The position numbers and the translations under genes were made by a program. Under the pieces are notes generated by a model. It ran no database searches. It was not told the DNA's origin and worked only from the letters and a program-made list of their open reading frames with translations. From Caulobacterales bacterium (GTDB taxonomy: Bacteria > Pseudomonadota > Alphaproteobacteria > Caulobacterales > Hyphomonadaceae): a stretch of 64,000 bases of DNA. Of the stretch, positions 9,444 to 18,266 are shown piece after piece. Position 1 is the stretch's first letter, and the number at the start of each line of letters is the position of its first letter. The stretch spans positions 5,376 to 69,375 of the forward strand of contig JBBSDJ010000001.1 of the NCBI GenBank assembly GCA_038249555.1, given 5' to 3'.

Positions 9444-10643
9444 ATGCTTGAAGGCATCAAGGTCGTCGAATACGCGACATACATGGCAGCGCCGGGCGCC
9501 GGGTGCATCCTGCGCGACTGGGGCGCAGACGTAACCAAGATCGAACCGCCCGGCGGCGATCCCATTCGCCTCTTCTTCCGCACCATCGGCACCGACCTGC
9601 AGGACAATCCCGTCTTCGATTTCGACAATCGCGGCAAGAAATCCGTCGTCATCGACACCAGCAAACCGGAAGGTCAGGCGCTGATCCGGGAGATGGTGAA
9701 GGACGCCGACGTCTTCCTTACGAACGTGCGCCCCGGCGGTCTGACGCGGTCCGGCCTTGATTACGAATCTCTGAAAACCCTCAATCCCAAACTCGTCTAC
9801 TGTTCCCTGACCGGCTACGGCCTCGAAGGTCCGGACGCGGATCGTCCAGGCTTCGACATAGCCAGCTTCTGGAGCCGCACCGGCGTCGCCAATCTCACGA
9901 TCCCGAAGGGCGGCGAGCCCTTCCCGCTGCGCACCGCGTTCGGCGATCACACGACCTCGATTGCCGCAGCAGCCGGTATCTGCGCGGCACTGGTCGAAGC
10001 GGGTCGCACGGGCAAAGGCCGTCTCGTCGAAGCGTCGCTCTTTCGCACAGGGCTCTACACGATGGGCTCCGATCTCGCGATCCAGCTCTTCTTCGGCCGC
10101 GTCGCCTCTACCAAGGGCCGGGGCGAGCAAAACGTGCCGATCTCGAATTTCTTTCAGACCAAGGATGACAAGTGGTTCTGCATCGTCGCGCGCCAGGGCG
10201 AGACGGATTGGGCGCCGCTCTGCCGGGTCGTCAGCCGCGAGGAGCTGATCAACGATCCGCGCTTCAACAATGCCAAGGGCCGGCGCGCGAATTCGGCGGA
10301 AGTCGTCGCCATTCTCGATGCAGGTTTTGGCGTCTATGACATGGCGGATCTCGCCGCGCGTCTCGACGCGGAATCCATCGCCTGGGCGCCCGTGCAGACG
10401 CTCGCTGATGTTTCCAAGGATCCGCAGGCTTTCGCGGCCGGTGCTATCGTCCAGACGCCGAGCGCCAAGGGCGATGGAACGACCTACGCCTCGCCGGCGT
10501 CGCCTGTGCGTTTTCCGGGTGCGGATGATGGGCCCAAGGGCCCCTCGCCGACTCCCGGTCAGCATACGGCCGAAGTGCTCGCCTCCCTCGGGCGTAGCGA
10601 AGCGGAAATCAAGGCCCTCTTCGCGTCTGGCATTGTTGCCTGA
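9444..10643 (+). CDS. CaiB/BaiF family III CoA-transferase
   Basis: LEGIKVVE..APGAG..GADVTKIEPPGGDP..NRGKKS..ADVFLTNVRPG..RPGFD; RBS AGGAGG. Confidence 0.93.
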   Translation: MLEGIKVVEYATYMAAPGAGCILRDWGADVTKIEPPGGDPIRLFFRTIGTDLQDNPVFDFDNRGKKSVVIDTSKPEGQALIREMVKDADVFLTNVRPGGLTRSGLDYESLKTLNPKLVYCSLTGYGLEGPDADRPGFDIASFWSRTGVANLTIPKGGEPFPLRTAFGDHTTSIAAAAGICAALVEAGRTGKGRLVEASLFRTGLYTMGSDLAIQLFFGRVASTKGRGEQNVPISNFFQTKDDKWFCIVARQGETDWAPLCRVVSREELINDPRFNNAKGRRANSAEVVAILDAGFGVYDMADLAARLDAESIAWAPVQTLADVSKDPQAFAAGAIVQTPSAKGDGTTYASPASPVRFPGADDGPKGPSPTPGQHTAEVLASLGRSEAEIKALFASGIVA

Positions 10644-10660
10644 CGCGGTGAAGGCGCTGT

Positions 10661-11458
10661 CTAGTTGCCGTTGAAGATCGGCGCGCGTTTCTCGAGGATC
10701 GCGTTGACGCCTTCCACATGGTCGTTCGTCTCGTGCATCAACGCCTGCGCGGCGGCCGACATTTCCATGATCGTGTCATAGGACGACGTCGTGCCGTGGC
10801 GCATCAGCGTCTTGGCGAGGCGAAGGGCCTGCGGCGGTTGCTGGGCGATCTTGTTGGCCAGCGCCATCGCTTCGTCCATCAACTTGTCCGCCGGCACAAC
10901 GCGGGACACGAGGCCCCACTCGGCGGCGGTCTTGGCGTCGATCACATCGCCGGTGAACAGGAGCTCGGCAGCGCGGGAAGCCCCGATCAGGCGCGGCAGC
11001 AACCAGGCGCCGCCATCACCGGGGATCAGGCCGAGCTTCAGGAAAGTGACGCCCATCTTGGCCGTGTCGGCGGCGATCCGGATGTCTGCCATGCAGGCCA
11101 CATCGCAGCCAAGGCCGATGGCGGGGCCGTTGATGGCCGAGATCAGGGGCACTTCGAGATTGTAGAGTGCGCGCACGATCATGTGGATGTTGCGGCGATA
11201 GCCTTCACGGATGTCTGCCGGGCTGCCACCGAATGCGCCGGTCTTTTCCTTCATCGCCTTGACGTCGCCGCCGGCGGAGAATGCCCGGCCTGCTCCCGTC
11301 AGCACAGCGCAGCGGATCACGGGATCTGCAGTGATTTTAGCGCAAACCGCAGCCACTGCCGGGCCGTCGCCTTCCTGGCCAAGGGCGTTCATCATCTCGG
11401 GACGGTTCAGCGTCAAAAGGGCAACTGGCCCGCGTTTTTCAAGCAGAAGGATCGACAT
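10661..11458 (-). CDS. Enoyl-CoA hydratase/isomerase (crotonase) family protein
   Basis: LTLNRPE..LTGAGRAFSAGGD..AINGPAIGLG..DIRIAA; start set at MSILLLEK. Confidence 0.92.
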   Translation of the reverse strand: MSILLLEKRGPVALLTLNRPEMMNALGQEGDGPAVAAVCAKITADPVIRCAVLTGAGRAFSAGGDVKAMKEKTGAFGGSPADIREGYRRNIHMIVRALYNLEVPLISAINGPAIGLGCDVACMADIRIAADTAKMGVTFLKLGLIPGDGGAWLLPRLIGASRAAELLFTGDVIDAKTAAEWGLVSRVVPADKLMDEAMALANKIAQQPPQALRLAKTLMRHGTTSSYDTIMEMSAAAQALMHETNDHVEGVNAILEKRAPIFNGN

Positions 11459-11527
11459 GGCAGAAGGCTCCCTGAAAGGCTTTATGTTGGGCAAGTCTCG
11501 TAACGCGGGCGGACGTCTTGTCCAGTC

Positions 11528-12328
11528 TCAGGCGGTTGCGGCCTTGCGGGTAAACCGCGTTCCTGCAGCAGGTGGCGGGTTTGGCGCGCCGGCAAAGCAT
11601 TGGGCCTTGCTCATCCAGTCGGTGGCTACTGGTCCGGTCACTTTCAGGTTGGTGTCGGCAATGTTTCGGGTCTGGGTGACGACCTGACAGAATTCTTCTG
11701 CGAGTCCTTCGATTCGCTCGGTTTCGCTGGGGTCGCCGTGGGTCCAGATCTCGCCGGACGGGGCCGTGAGTACGAGATTCGGCATCGATCCGGGTGGTTT
11801 TTCGCCTCGCGTGGCGTACGTCCAGCCAAATGTATTGACGCCCAGGGTCACAATATTTCTCACCCGGTTATCATTTTTTCTCACGACGCCGGCATGATCG
11901 TAAACTTCCTGGCCGTGCGCCCAGGTTTCCATCAGCCGTGCCGTGATTGACGACCGCGCGCTCATGTCGGGCCCGGCCCATTTGAGACGCGCTTTCGGAT
12001 CTGCGGTCGCAAACAGATCGGCGGTCGTCTCTGCAAACGCAGCCCACTCGGCAACAAGGCCCGCAGGCGAGAGGTGGCGCAGCTGTTCGGCCTCGTAGGC
12101 GCGCATCGGGATGCCGCGTGTGGCCATGGTCTTGAGGTGGCCCACGAGGGCGTCCGGATCGCTGAGCTGGAAATGTGCCATCCGGTTCCAGAAATGCAGG
12201 TGGCGGATCACATCCACGATGGTCCAGCCCTTGAACTGGGTGGGCTCTTCATAGGTGCTCGGCGGGAGTGAGGCGACGAGGCCGTGGAGGGCGCGCGTTT
12301 CCTGCCGGAAGTCTTCTGCCTGTTCCAC
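11528..12328 (-). CDS. TIGR03084-family metal-binding protein (DinB/MDMPI-like)
   Basis: GWTIVDVIRHL, GPDMSARSSITARLMETWAHGQ, LTAPSGEIW, FCQVVTQTRN; GTG start at 12328 with GGAG upstream. Confidence 0.82.
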   Translation of the reverse strand: MEQAEDFRQETRALHGLVASLPPSTYEEPTQFKGWTIVDVIRHLHFWNRMAHFQLSDPDALVGHLKTMATRGIPMRAYEAEQLRHLSPAGLVAEWAAFAETTADLFATADPKARLKWAGPDMSARSSITARLMETWAHGQEVYDHAGVVRKNDNRVRNIVTLGVNTFGWTYATRGEKPPGSMPNLVLTAPSGEIWTHGDPSETERIEGLAEEFCQVVTQTRNIADTNLKVTGPVATDWMSKAQCFAGAPNPPPAAGTRFTRKAATA

Positions 12329-12455
12329 GTCCTGTCTCCCGCCGGTTTGCGCCAATGTCCGCGCCTGCCGCATTTGGCGCAACACCTCCCCCGGCGGGAG
12401 GTCTGGCGGCCCACGGCGCTGGCAGGCACATTCCGGACAAACAGGGAGAACCGCC

Positions 12456-13277
12456 ATGACGAAGACCACCACAGATGCCCCGCGCCTGCTGATCGAAGCC
12501 CGCGGCCCGGTCGAATGGGTCACGCTCAATCGACCGGACGCGCTGAACGCGCTGAACCCCGGCATGATCGAGGACCTGCGCGACTATTTCATGGGCCTGC
12601 CGGATCGGAAGGATGTGCGTATCGTCGTGCTGCGCGGCGCTGGGCGCGCTTTCTGCGCCGGGCTTGATCTCAAGAATGAGTCCTCGGCCAATGATACCGC
12701 CTCCGGCGGCGGTGTGCAGCGCGGGCTGAAGACCCAGCGGCGGATTGCGGAGATTGTCATGGCGATGCGCCGGTGTCCGCAGCCGATCATCTCGCTGATC
12801 CAGGGACCGGCCTGCGGCGGCGGATTCTCGTTGGCGCTGGCGTCCGACATCCGCATTGCCGGCGAAAGCGCGCGGATGAACTGCGCTTACATCCGGATCG
12901 GCCTTGGCGGTTGCGATATCGGTTCATCCTACTTCCTGCCACGCCTTGTCGGCGCCTCGCTGGCGGCTGAACTGATCCTCACGGGCAAGTTCATCAACGC
13001 GGACCGCGCGCTGAGGGTGGGCCTTGTCGCTCAGGTTGTGCCGGACGCGGACCTTGAAGCGGCCGCGCAGGAAGACATCGACCTGATGCTGACGACATCC
13101 CCGCTCGGCCTGCGGATGTCCAAGGAGGCGCTGAACATCAACCTCGACGCAGGCGGGATTGAAGCAGCTATAGCGCTGGAAGACCGCAACCAGATTCTCT
13201 GCGCCCAGACCGAAGATTTCCGGGAGGGTTTGAAGTCCTTCCTCACGCGCAAGCCGCCTGCCTGGAAAGATGCCTGA
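12456..13277 (+). CDS. Enoyl-CoA hydratase/isomerase family protein
   Basis: VTLNRPDALNAL..GAGRAFCAGLDL..GPACGGGFSLALASDIRIA; ATG 12456 after GGGAGA. Confidence 0.92.
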   Translation: MTKTTTDAPRLLIEARGPVEWVTLNRPDALNALNPGMIEDLRDYFMGLPDRKDVRIVVLRGAGRAFCAGLDLKNESSANDTASGGGVQRGLKTQRRIAEIVMAMRRCPQPIISLIQGPACGGGFSLALASDIRIAGESARMNCAYIRIGLGGCDIGSSYFLPRLVGASLAAELILTGKFINADRALRVGLVAQVVPDADLEAAAQEDIDLMLTTSPLGLRMSKEALNINLDAGGIEAAIALEDRNQILCAQTEDFREGLKSFLTRKPPAWKDA

Positions 13278-13382
13278 CGCGCAGCAGAGCCTGCAGTTTC
13301 GATTTGACCGCAATGAAGCGAATGTTGTCTTGTTGGCTGTTGCTGGCACCCTTTCGTGCACCCGCCCCGGAGTGAGGACGAG

Positions 13383-14162
13383 ATGATCCGCTTTCTGTTT
13401 CTTGCAATCATCCTTGTGATTGGCATCGTCGTCGGTCTCGCGTTTGTGCCGCTCGCCACGGCGCTGAAGCTGTCGGGCGCGGCAGACAACGGTGTTTCCT
13501 GGACGGCCGCGCGCGGCACGATCTACAGCGGCGGCCTGGACGGGCTGTCGGTCAACGGCACGAACTACGGAAACGCGGACCTGACGCTGGATGCCTCAGC
13601 ACTTATGAGCGGCACCCTTCAGTACGCGGTTGACTGGATCGGCACCCATGGTCAGGGCACCGCGAAAGTGTCGGTAGATTCAGGCCGGACCATTACGCTC
13701 AAGGATTATGTGATCAATCTTGATCTCGAAGACTACGAGCGCGCCGCCAAATGGATCCGCCAGGCCGGCGGCAAGATCAAACTTGCGGGCCCGGCGATCC
13801 AGTTCAAGGGCAGCGAGTGTGTTCAGGCAGAAGGCGTTGCGACGAGTGACGTGCTCGACCGTAACCGCGAAGTCCTCGGCTCCGGCTGGAGCGAACTGCG
13901 CGGCGATATTGTCTGCGATGACGGCAAACTGCTGGTACCGCTCGAATCGGAAAATGCCGCGGGCACGCGCTTCTCTTCCTACCTGCGGGTCGCGCCCGGA
14001 ACGCCGGGCAAGTTCGAGGCGCGCATTTCGGGCCGCGTTTCCCGCGCGCTCGCCTTCGCGCTGCCACTGGCCGGATTCACCCGTGATGGTGATGCGTTTG
14101 TTTACGTTCCGAAAGCGGCCACCAAACGGGTGGCTGCGCCGGCCTTGGCGGTTACGCCGTAG
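13383..14162 (+). CDS. gspN: Type II secretion system protein N (GspN)-like
   Basis: N-terminal TM then ARGTIYSG..LTLDASALMSG; size and beta-rich pattern fit GspN; no other gsp gene nearby. Confidence 0.65.
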   Translation: MIRFLFLAIILVIGIVVGLAFVPLATALKLSGAADNGVSWTAARGTIYSGGLDGLSVNGTNYGNADLTLDASALMSGTLQYAVDWIGTHGQGTAKVSVDSGRTITLKDYVINLDLEDYERAAKWIRQAGGKIKLAGPAIQFKGSECVQAEGVATSDVLDRNREVLGSGWSELRGDIVCDDGKLLVPLESENAAGTRFSSYLRVAPGTPGKFEARISGRVSRALAFALPLAGFTRDGDAFVYVPKAATKRVAAPALAVTP

Positions 14163-14166
14163 TAGG

Positions 14167-14532
14167 TCAGCCCTGATCAAGCAGCAGGTCGACCTGGACT
14201 TCCAGTGCGCTGGCAAGGCGCTTGGCGGTCTTGAGGCCGTAGGACATGCCGCGTTCGATGGCCGAAATATGGTTCGGCCGGATGCCGCTGCGTTCGCCAA
14301 GTTCGCGCTGTGTCATCAACCGGAACTGGCGCACGGCGCGGACAGGGTTTTCGCCGTCCGAGATGCGCTTCAGAAGCGCTGCCGGAAGTGGCGCCAGGCC
14401 AGCCCCGGATTGCGTCTTGCGGCCCGCCAGAAGGGTATCAACCTGCTTCTCCAGACCGTCGATCTTCTTTTCGAGATCCAAAACGCGGATCTCGAGAGAA
14501 TAGATGAGTTTCGGATCGCCCATGGAACCCAT
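14167..14532 (-). CDS. XRE-family HTH protein with N-terminal leucine zipper
   Basis: GENPVRAVRQFRLMTQRELGERSGIRPNHISAIERG; heptad L-x6-L-x6-L-x6-L; start could be 14523, 14532 or 14556. Confidence 0.8.
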   Translation of the reverse strand: MGSMGDPKLIYSLEIRVLDLEKKIDGLEKQVDTLLAGRKTQSGAGLAPLPAALLKRISDGENPVRAVRQFRLMTQRELGERSGIRPNHISAIERGMSYGLKTAKRLASALEVQVDLLLDQG

Positions 14533-14627
14533 GCCCCGGTTGCCTTTCTCCAGCATTAGGGGCGTTCTGAAACGGTTCGGTGTCGGAGAAGTCACAGTTT
14601 TGTGTCGTTTTTCGACGGTGTGACAAG

Positions 14628-14703
14628 TGGTGCCGGCAACAGGACTCGAACCCGTGACCCCCTGATTACAAATCAGGTGCTCTACCAGCTGAGCTATGCC
14701 GGC
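14628..14703 (-). tRNA. tRNA-Thr (anticodon UGU)
   Basis: GCCGGCATAGCTCAGCTGGTAGAGCACCTGATTTGTAATCAGGGGGTCACGGGTTCGAGTCCTGTTGCCGGCACCA: 76-nt cloverleaf, TTCGA loop, encoded CCA. Confidence 0.98.
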
Positions 14704-14712
14704 ACGGGTTTG

Positions 14713-14741
14713 CGGATACCGGAATCGCCCCATCGGCGCAA
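14713..14741 (-). promoter_or_regulatory. Candidate sigma70 promoter of tRNA-Thr
   Basis: TTGCGC-N17-TATCCG ending 10 nt before the tRNA 5' end; -10 lacks the -7 T, which is common in Alphaproteobacteria. Confidence 0.4.
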
Positions 14742-14819
14742 GCGCGCGAGGCGGTTTGCCTTGCCAGCAGCCTCAATCTCGCCAACACTCGCCTTATTCT
14801 ACTTCCGGGGAGGCCCAGC

Positions 14820-15983
14820 ATGGCAGACCGTGCCCTGATGCCTGACCTGCTCAGGGCGTTCGCCCTGTTCGGCATCGCCGTAGTCAACGTGATCGGGTTT
14901 GCCCAGCCGTTTACCAGCGGGTTTCACAATGGCGGGCTCGATACGGTCGCGGATCAGGCGGCCTACAGCCTCGTCAGCCTACTGTTCCTGATGAAATCCT
15001 ATCCTTTGTTCTCGATGATGTTCGGTGCGGGCCTCGCCTATCAGTTAATGGCCGCCGAGCGGGCGGGGAAGGATTTTGCACCGCGCTATTTTCGCAGGAT
15101 GACCGCGCTGATCGTGCTCGGCATCCTGCATTTCATCTTCTTCTGGATCGGCGACATCCTGCTCAGCTATGGCCTGCTGGGATGCCTGCTGTTCGTGCTG
15201 CGGGGCGCTTCGGTCAAAGTACTTGTCCGTACCGGGATCGCCTTGATCGCGCTGAATACCCTGCTGCTGTTTGCCTTTGCAGGGATGATCTGGGCTGGTG
15301 AGACCTACGCGCCGGAGGCCATGGCCGGGGCGGGCTATGACGAGATGGACGCGGAAGCGTTCGCAGCGTTCGGCGAAGGCAGCTTCTGGGACGCCGCGCT
15401 GTACCGGCTCGAACTTCTGCCGTTCGTCCTGCCGAGTGTGATCGTCCAGCAGGGCATCTCGGTGTTCGGGTTTTTCTGCTTCGGACTTGCGGCCGTGAAG
15501 GCGGGCGTCATCGACCAGCCGATGGCGCCGATCTGGAGATTGTCGCGGCGCGTGTTCCTGCCGATCGGGATGGCAGGCAGCGCGCTCGGCGCATGGATCC
15601 TGTTGCAGGCCTCGTCTTCGGTGGACAGCACCTACATTCTTGGCAGCGGCGTGATCATGGCCTTCTCGGCCTTTTCTGCCCTCGGCTATGTTGGGCTGAT
15701 TGCAGCGATATCCGGCGGCGTCGCCAGCCCCCTCCGGCGGTTCTTCGCGCGGGCCGGCTCCGCGTCGCTGACGGCGTACCTGCTCCAGTCGGTTATTCTG
15801 TCGTTGATCTTCTCGGCCTATGGGCTGGACCGCTTCGGGACCATGGGGGCGGCCGATGCGATCCTCGTGGCAGCCCTGGCGGCGATCGGATCCCTTTTGT
15901 TTACAGGTATCTGGCGGAGTCTTGCGCCGCGCGGGCCAATGGAAGTCCTGTTGCGCCGGGTAACCTATTGGGGCCGCGTGTAG
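14820..15983 (+). CDS. DUF418 (YeiB-like) membrane protein
   Basis: DLLRAFALFGI..YPLFSMMFGAG..WIGDILLSYG..SLTAYLLQS..GPMEVLLRRVTY. Confidence 0.88.
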   Translation: MADRALMPDLLRAFALFGIAVVNVIGFAQPFTSGFHNGGLDTVADQAAYSLVSLLFLMKSYPLFSMMFGAGLAYQLMAAERAGKDFAPRYFRRMTALIVLGILHFIFFWIGDILLSYGLLGCLLFVLRGASVKVLVRTGIALIALNTLLLFAFAGMIWAGETYAPEAMAGAGYDEMDAEAFAAFGEGSFWDAALYRLELLPFVLPSVIVQQGISVFGFFCFGLAAVKAGVIDQPMAPIWRLSRRVFLPIGMAGSALGAWILLQASSSVDSTYILGSGVIMAFSAFSALGYVGLIAAISGGVASPLRRFFARAGSASLTAYLLQSVILSLIFSAYGLDRFGTMGAADAILVAALAAIGSLLFTGIWRSLAPRGPMEVLLRRVTYWGRV

Positions 15984-16051
15984 CGCTTTCCTTTGGCGCT
16001 CAGGGCGTTAAAAGGCGCAGTCTCCTGATCCATAAGGCTTAGACGCGTGCC

Positions 16052-17779
16052 ATGACCCCAACCCGTCGCATCCTAATCACGTCCGCCCTGCCCTATATCA
16101 ATGGGGTGAAGCACCTCGGCAACCTTGCCGGGTCGATGCTGCCAGCGGACGTGTATGCCCGTGTGATGCGCCTCAAAGGGCATGACGTGACCTATATCTG
16201 CGCCACGGACGAACACGGCACGCCTGCCGAGCTGGCAGCGCAGGCTGCGGGTCAGACTGTGCAGCAATATTGCGACGAGCAGTACGAGATTCAGCGCAAG
16301 GCGGGCGAAGGCTTCCTGCTGTCGTATGACTGGTTTGGCCGGACGTCGCGGCCGGCGAACCACAAGCTGACGCAGCATTTTGCGCAGCAGCTGGAGAAGA
16401 ACGGGCTGATCAAGGCGCAGACCTCGAAACAGGTCTATGCGGTGGACGACGGACGCTTCCTGCCGGACCGGTATGTGGAGGGCACGTGCCCGCATTGCGG
16501 GTTTGAGAAGGCGCGCGGCGACCAGTGCGACAATTGCGGGCGGTTGCTCGATCCGGTGGACCTGATCGATCCGTACTCGGCGGTGACCGGCAGCCGGAAC
16601 ATCGAAGTGCGGGATACAGAGCATCTGTACCTGCAGCAGACCGGCATGCAGGACACGATCCGTGCCTGGGTGAACGAGAAAGGCAAGGCCTGGCCGTCGC
16701 TGGCGGTGTCGATTGCCAACAAGTGGCTGGACGAAGGCCTGATCGCGCGCTCGATCACGCGCGATCTCAGCTGGGGGGTGAAGGTAACGTCCGTGGACGG
16801 ATCACCGCGTCCGGGCTTCGAGAACAAGGTGTTCTATGTCTGGTTCGATGCGCCGATTGGCTACATCTCTGCGACGCAGGAGTGGGCCGAGGCGACCGGC
16901 AATGACTGGGAGAATCTCTGGAAGCGCGACAAGGGCGCGGACCAGACCGAGTATGTGCAGTTCATGGGCAAGGACAATGTGGCGTTCCACACGGTGAGCT
17001 TCCCGGTGACGCTTCTGGGGTCCGGCGAGCCGTGGAAGACTGTCGACAAGTTGAAGGCGTTCAACTGGGTCACGTGGTATGGCGGCAAGTTCTCGACCAG
17101 CCAGAAGCGCGGCGTGTTCATGGATACGGCGCTGAGCCTTCTGCCGGCAGACTATTGGCGCTGGTACCTGATTGCGAATGCGCCGGAAGGCTCTGATGCC
17201 GCGTTCACGTGGGAGGGCTTCCAGGCGTCGGTGAACTCGGACCTGGCGAACGTGCTGGGCAACTTCGTCAACCGGATCACCAAGTATTGTGCCTCGAAGT
17301 TTGACGGCAAGGTGCCGGAAGCCGGTGAGCCCGGCGAGGCGGAAGCCTGGATGGCGAACGAACTTTCGACGCGTCTCAAGGCGATCGACGAGTATTATGA
17401 GGCGATGGAGTTCCGGAAGGCTGCTGCGGAAACGCGGGCGCTGTGGGCGGCTGGGAACGAGTATCTCACCAAGGCCGAGCCTTGGGTGAAGTACAAGTCG
17501 GATGTGGACGGCGCGGCGGTCGGCGTGCGGGCGGGGATCAACCTCGCGGCCGTCTTCGCAATCATCGCGCAGCCGATCATCCCGGATGCCTCGAAGAAGG
17601 TACTCGATGCGCTCGGGATTCCGGAGGGCAATCGCCGCTGGCCGTACTGGAATGACACTTCCTTGCTGGATGCCATCCCGCGCGGCGCGCCGATTACGCC
17701 GCCGGACGTGCTGTTCCAGAAGATCGAGGACACGCAGGTGGCCGAGTGGACCGAGCGGTTCGGCGGCGGCAAGGAGTAG
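16052..17779 (+). CDS. metG: Methionine--tRNA ligase
   Basis: ITSALPYING..HLGN, ATDEHGT, Zn knuckle CPHC..CDNC, YVWFDAPIGY, MGKDN, KFSTS. Confidence 0.97.
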   Translation: MTPTRRILITSALPYINGVKHLGNLAGSMLPADVYARVMRLKGHDVTYICATDEHGTPAELAAQAAGQTVQQYCDEQYEIQRKAGEGFLLSYDWFGRTSRPANHKLTQHFAQQLEKNGLIKAQTSKQVYAVDDGRFLPDRYVEGTCPHCGFEKARGDQCDNCGRLLDPVDLIDPYSAVTGSRNIEVRDTEHLYLQQTGMQDTIRAWVNEKGKAWPSLAVSIANKWLDEGLIARSITRDLSWGVKVTSVDGSPRPGFENKVFYVWFDAPIGYISATQEWAEATGNDWENLWKRDKGADQTEYVQFMGKDNVAFHTVSFPVTLLGSGEPWKTVDKLKAFNWVTWYGGKFSTSQKRGVFMDTALSLLPADYWRWYLIANAPEGSDAAFTWEGFQASVNSDLANVLGNFVNRITKYCASKFDGKVPEAGEPGEAEAWMANELSTRLKAIDEYYEAMEFRKAAAETRALWAAGNEYLTKAEPWVKYKSDVDGAAVGVRAGINLAAVFAIIAQPIIPDASKKVLDALGIPEGNRRWPYWNDTSLLDAIPRGAPITPPDVLFQKIEDTQVAEWTERFGGGKE

Positions 17780-17783
17780 GCCC

Positions 17784-18266
17784 ATGGTGCAGGCGCGCAG
17801 CGGGGGTTGCCAGTGCGGGCGGGTCAGGTTTCGCGCCGCCAGCCTGCTGGACAATCCGCACGTCTGCCATTGCCGCATGTGCCAGAAAGCGACCGGCAAC
17901 TTCTTCGCGGCGCTTGTCGGTGTTCCGCTCACGGACTTTCAGGTGACGCGCGGCATACCGGCCGAGTTCCACAGTTCGGAAAAGGTTTGCCGGGGCTATT
18001 GCCGCGATTGCGGCACGCCGCTCTACTATCGCCACCACGACAGCCAGCACATCTCGATGAGCATCGGCGCCTTCGATGAGCCCGCCTCCATTCCGCTGAA
18101 CTTCCAGCTGGGGATGGAAGGCCGCCTGCCGCAAATCGACCACTTGCCGGGTCTCCAGCATTTTGGCGCGACGGAAGACGAGATGCCGGAGGAAGCGACG
18201 CAAATCCGCCGCACCAACAACCAGCATCCGGACCATGACACGGACTACTGGGAGCCGAAGTCTTAG
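17784..18266 (+). CDS. GFA (glutathione-dependent formaldehyde-activating) family protein
   Basis: GGCQCGRVRF..CHCRMCQKATG..CRDCGTPL. Confidence 0.9.
   Translation: MVQARSGGCQCGRVRFRAASLLDNPHVCHCRMCQKATGNFFAALVGVPLTDFQVTRGIPAEFHSSEKVCRGYCRDCGTPLYYRHHDSQHISMSIGAFDEPASIPLNFQLGMEGRLPQIDHLPGLQHFGATEDEMPEEATQIRRTNNQHPDHDTDYWEPKS

Noticed and set aside
12384-12402. ACCTCCC-CCGGC-GGGAGGT hairpin between divergent TIGR03084 and crotonase genes
   Set aside because: A 7-bp GC stem with no U tract or second copy; plausible by chance at this GC content.
14533-14733. ORF-track extension of the XRE gene through the tRNA
   Set aside because: It reads through tRNA-Thr; a chance open frame.
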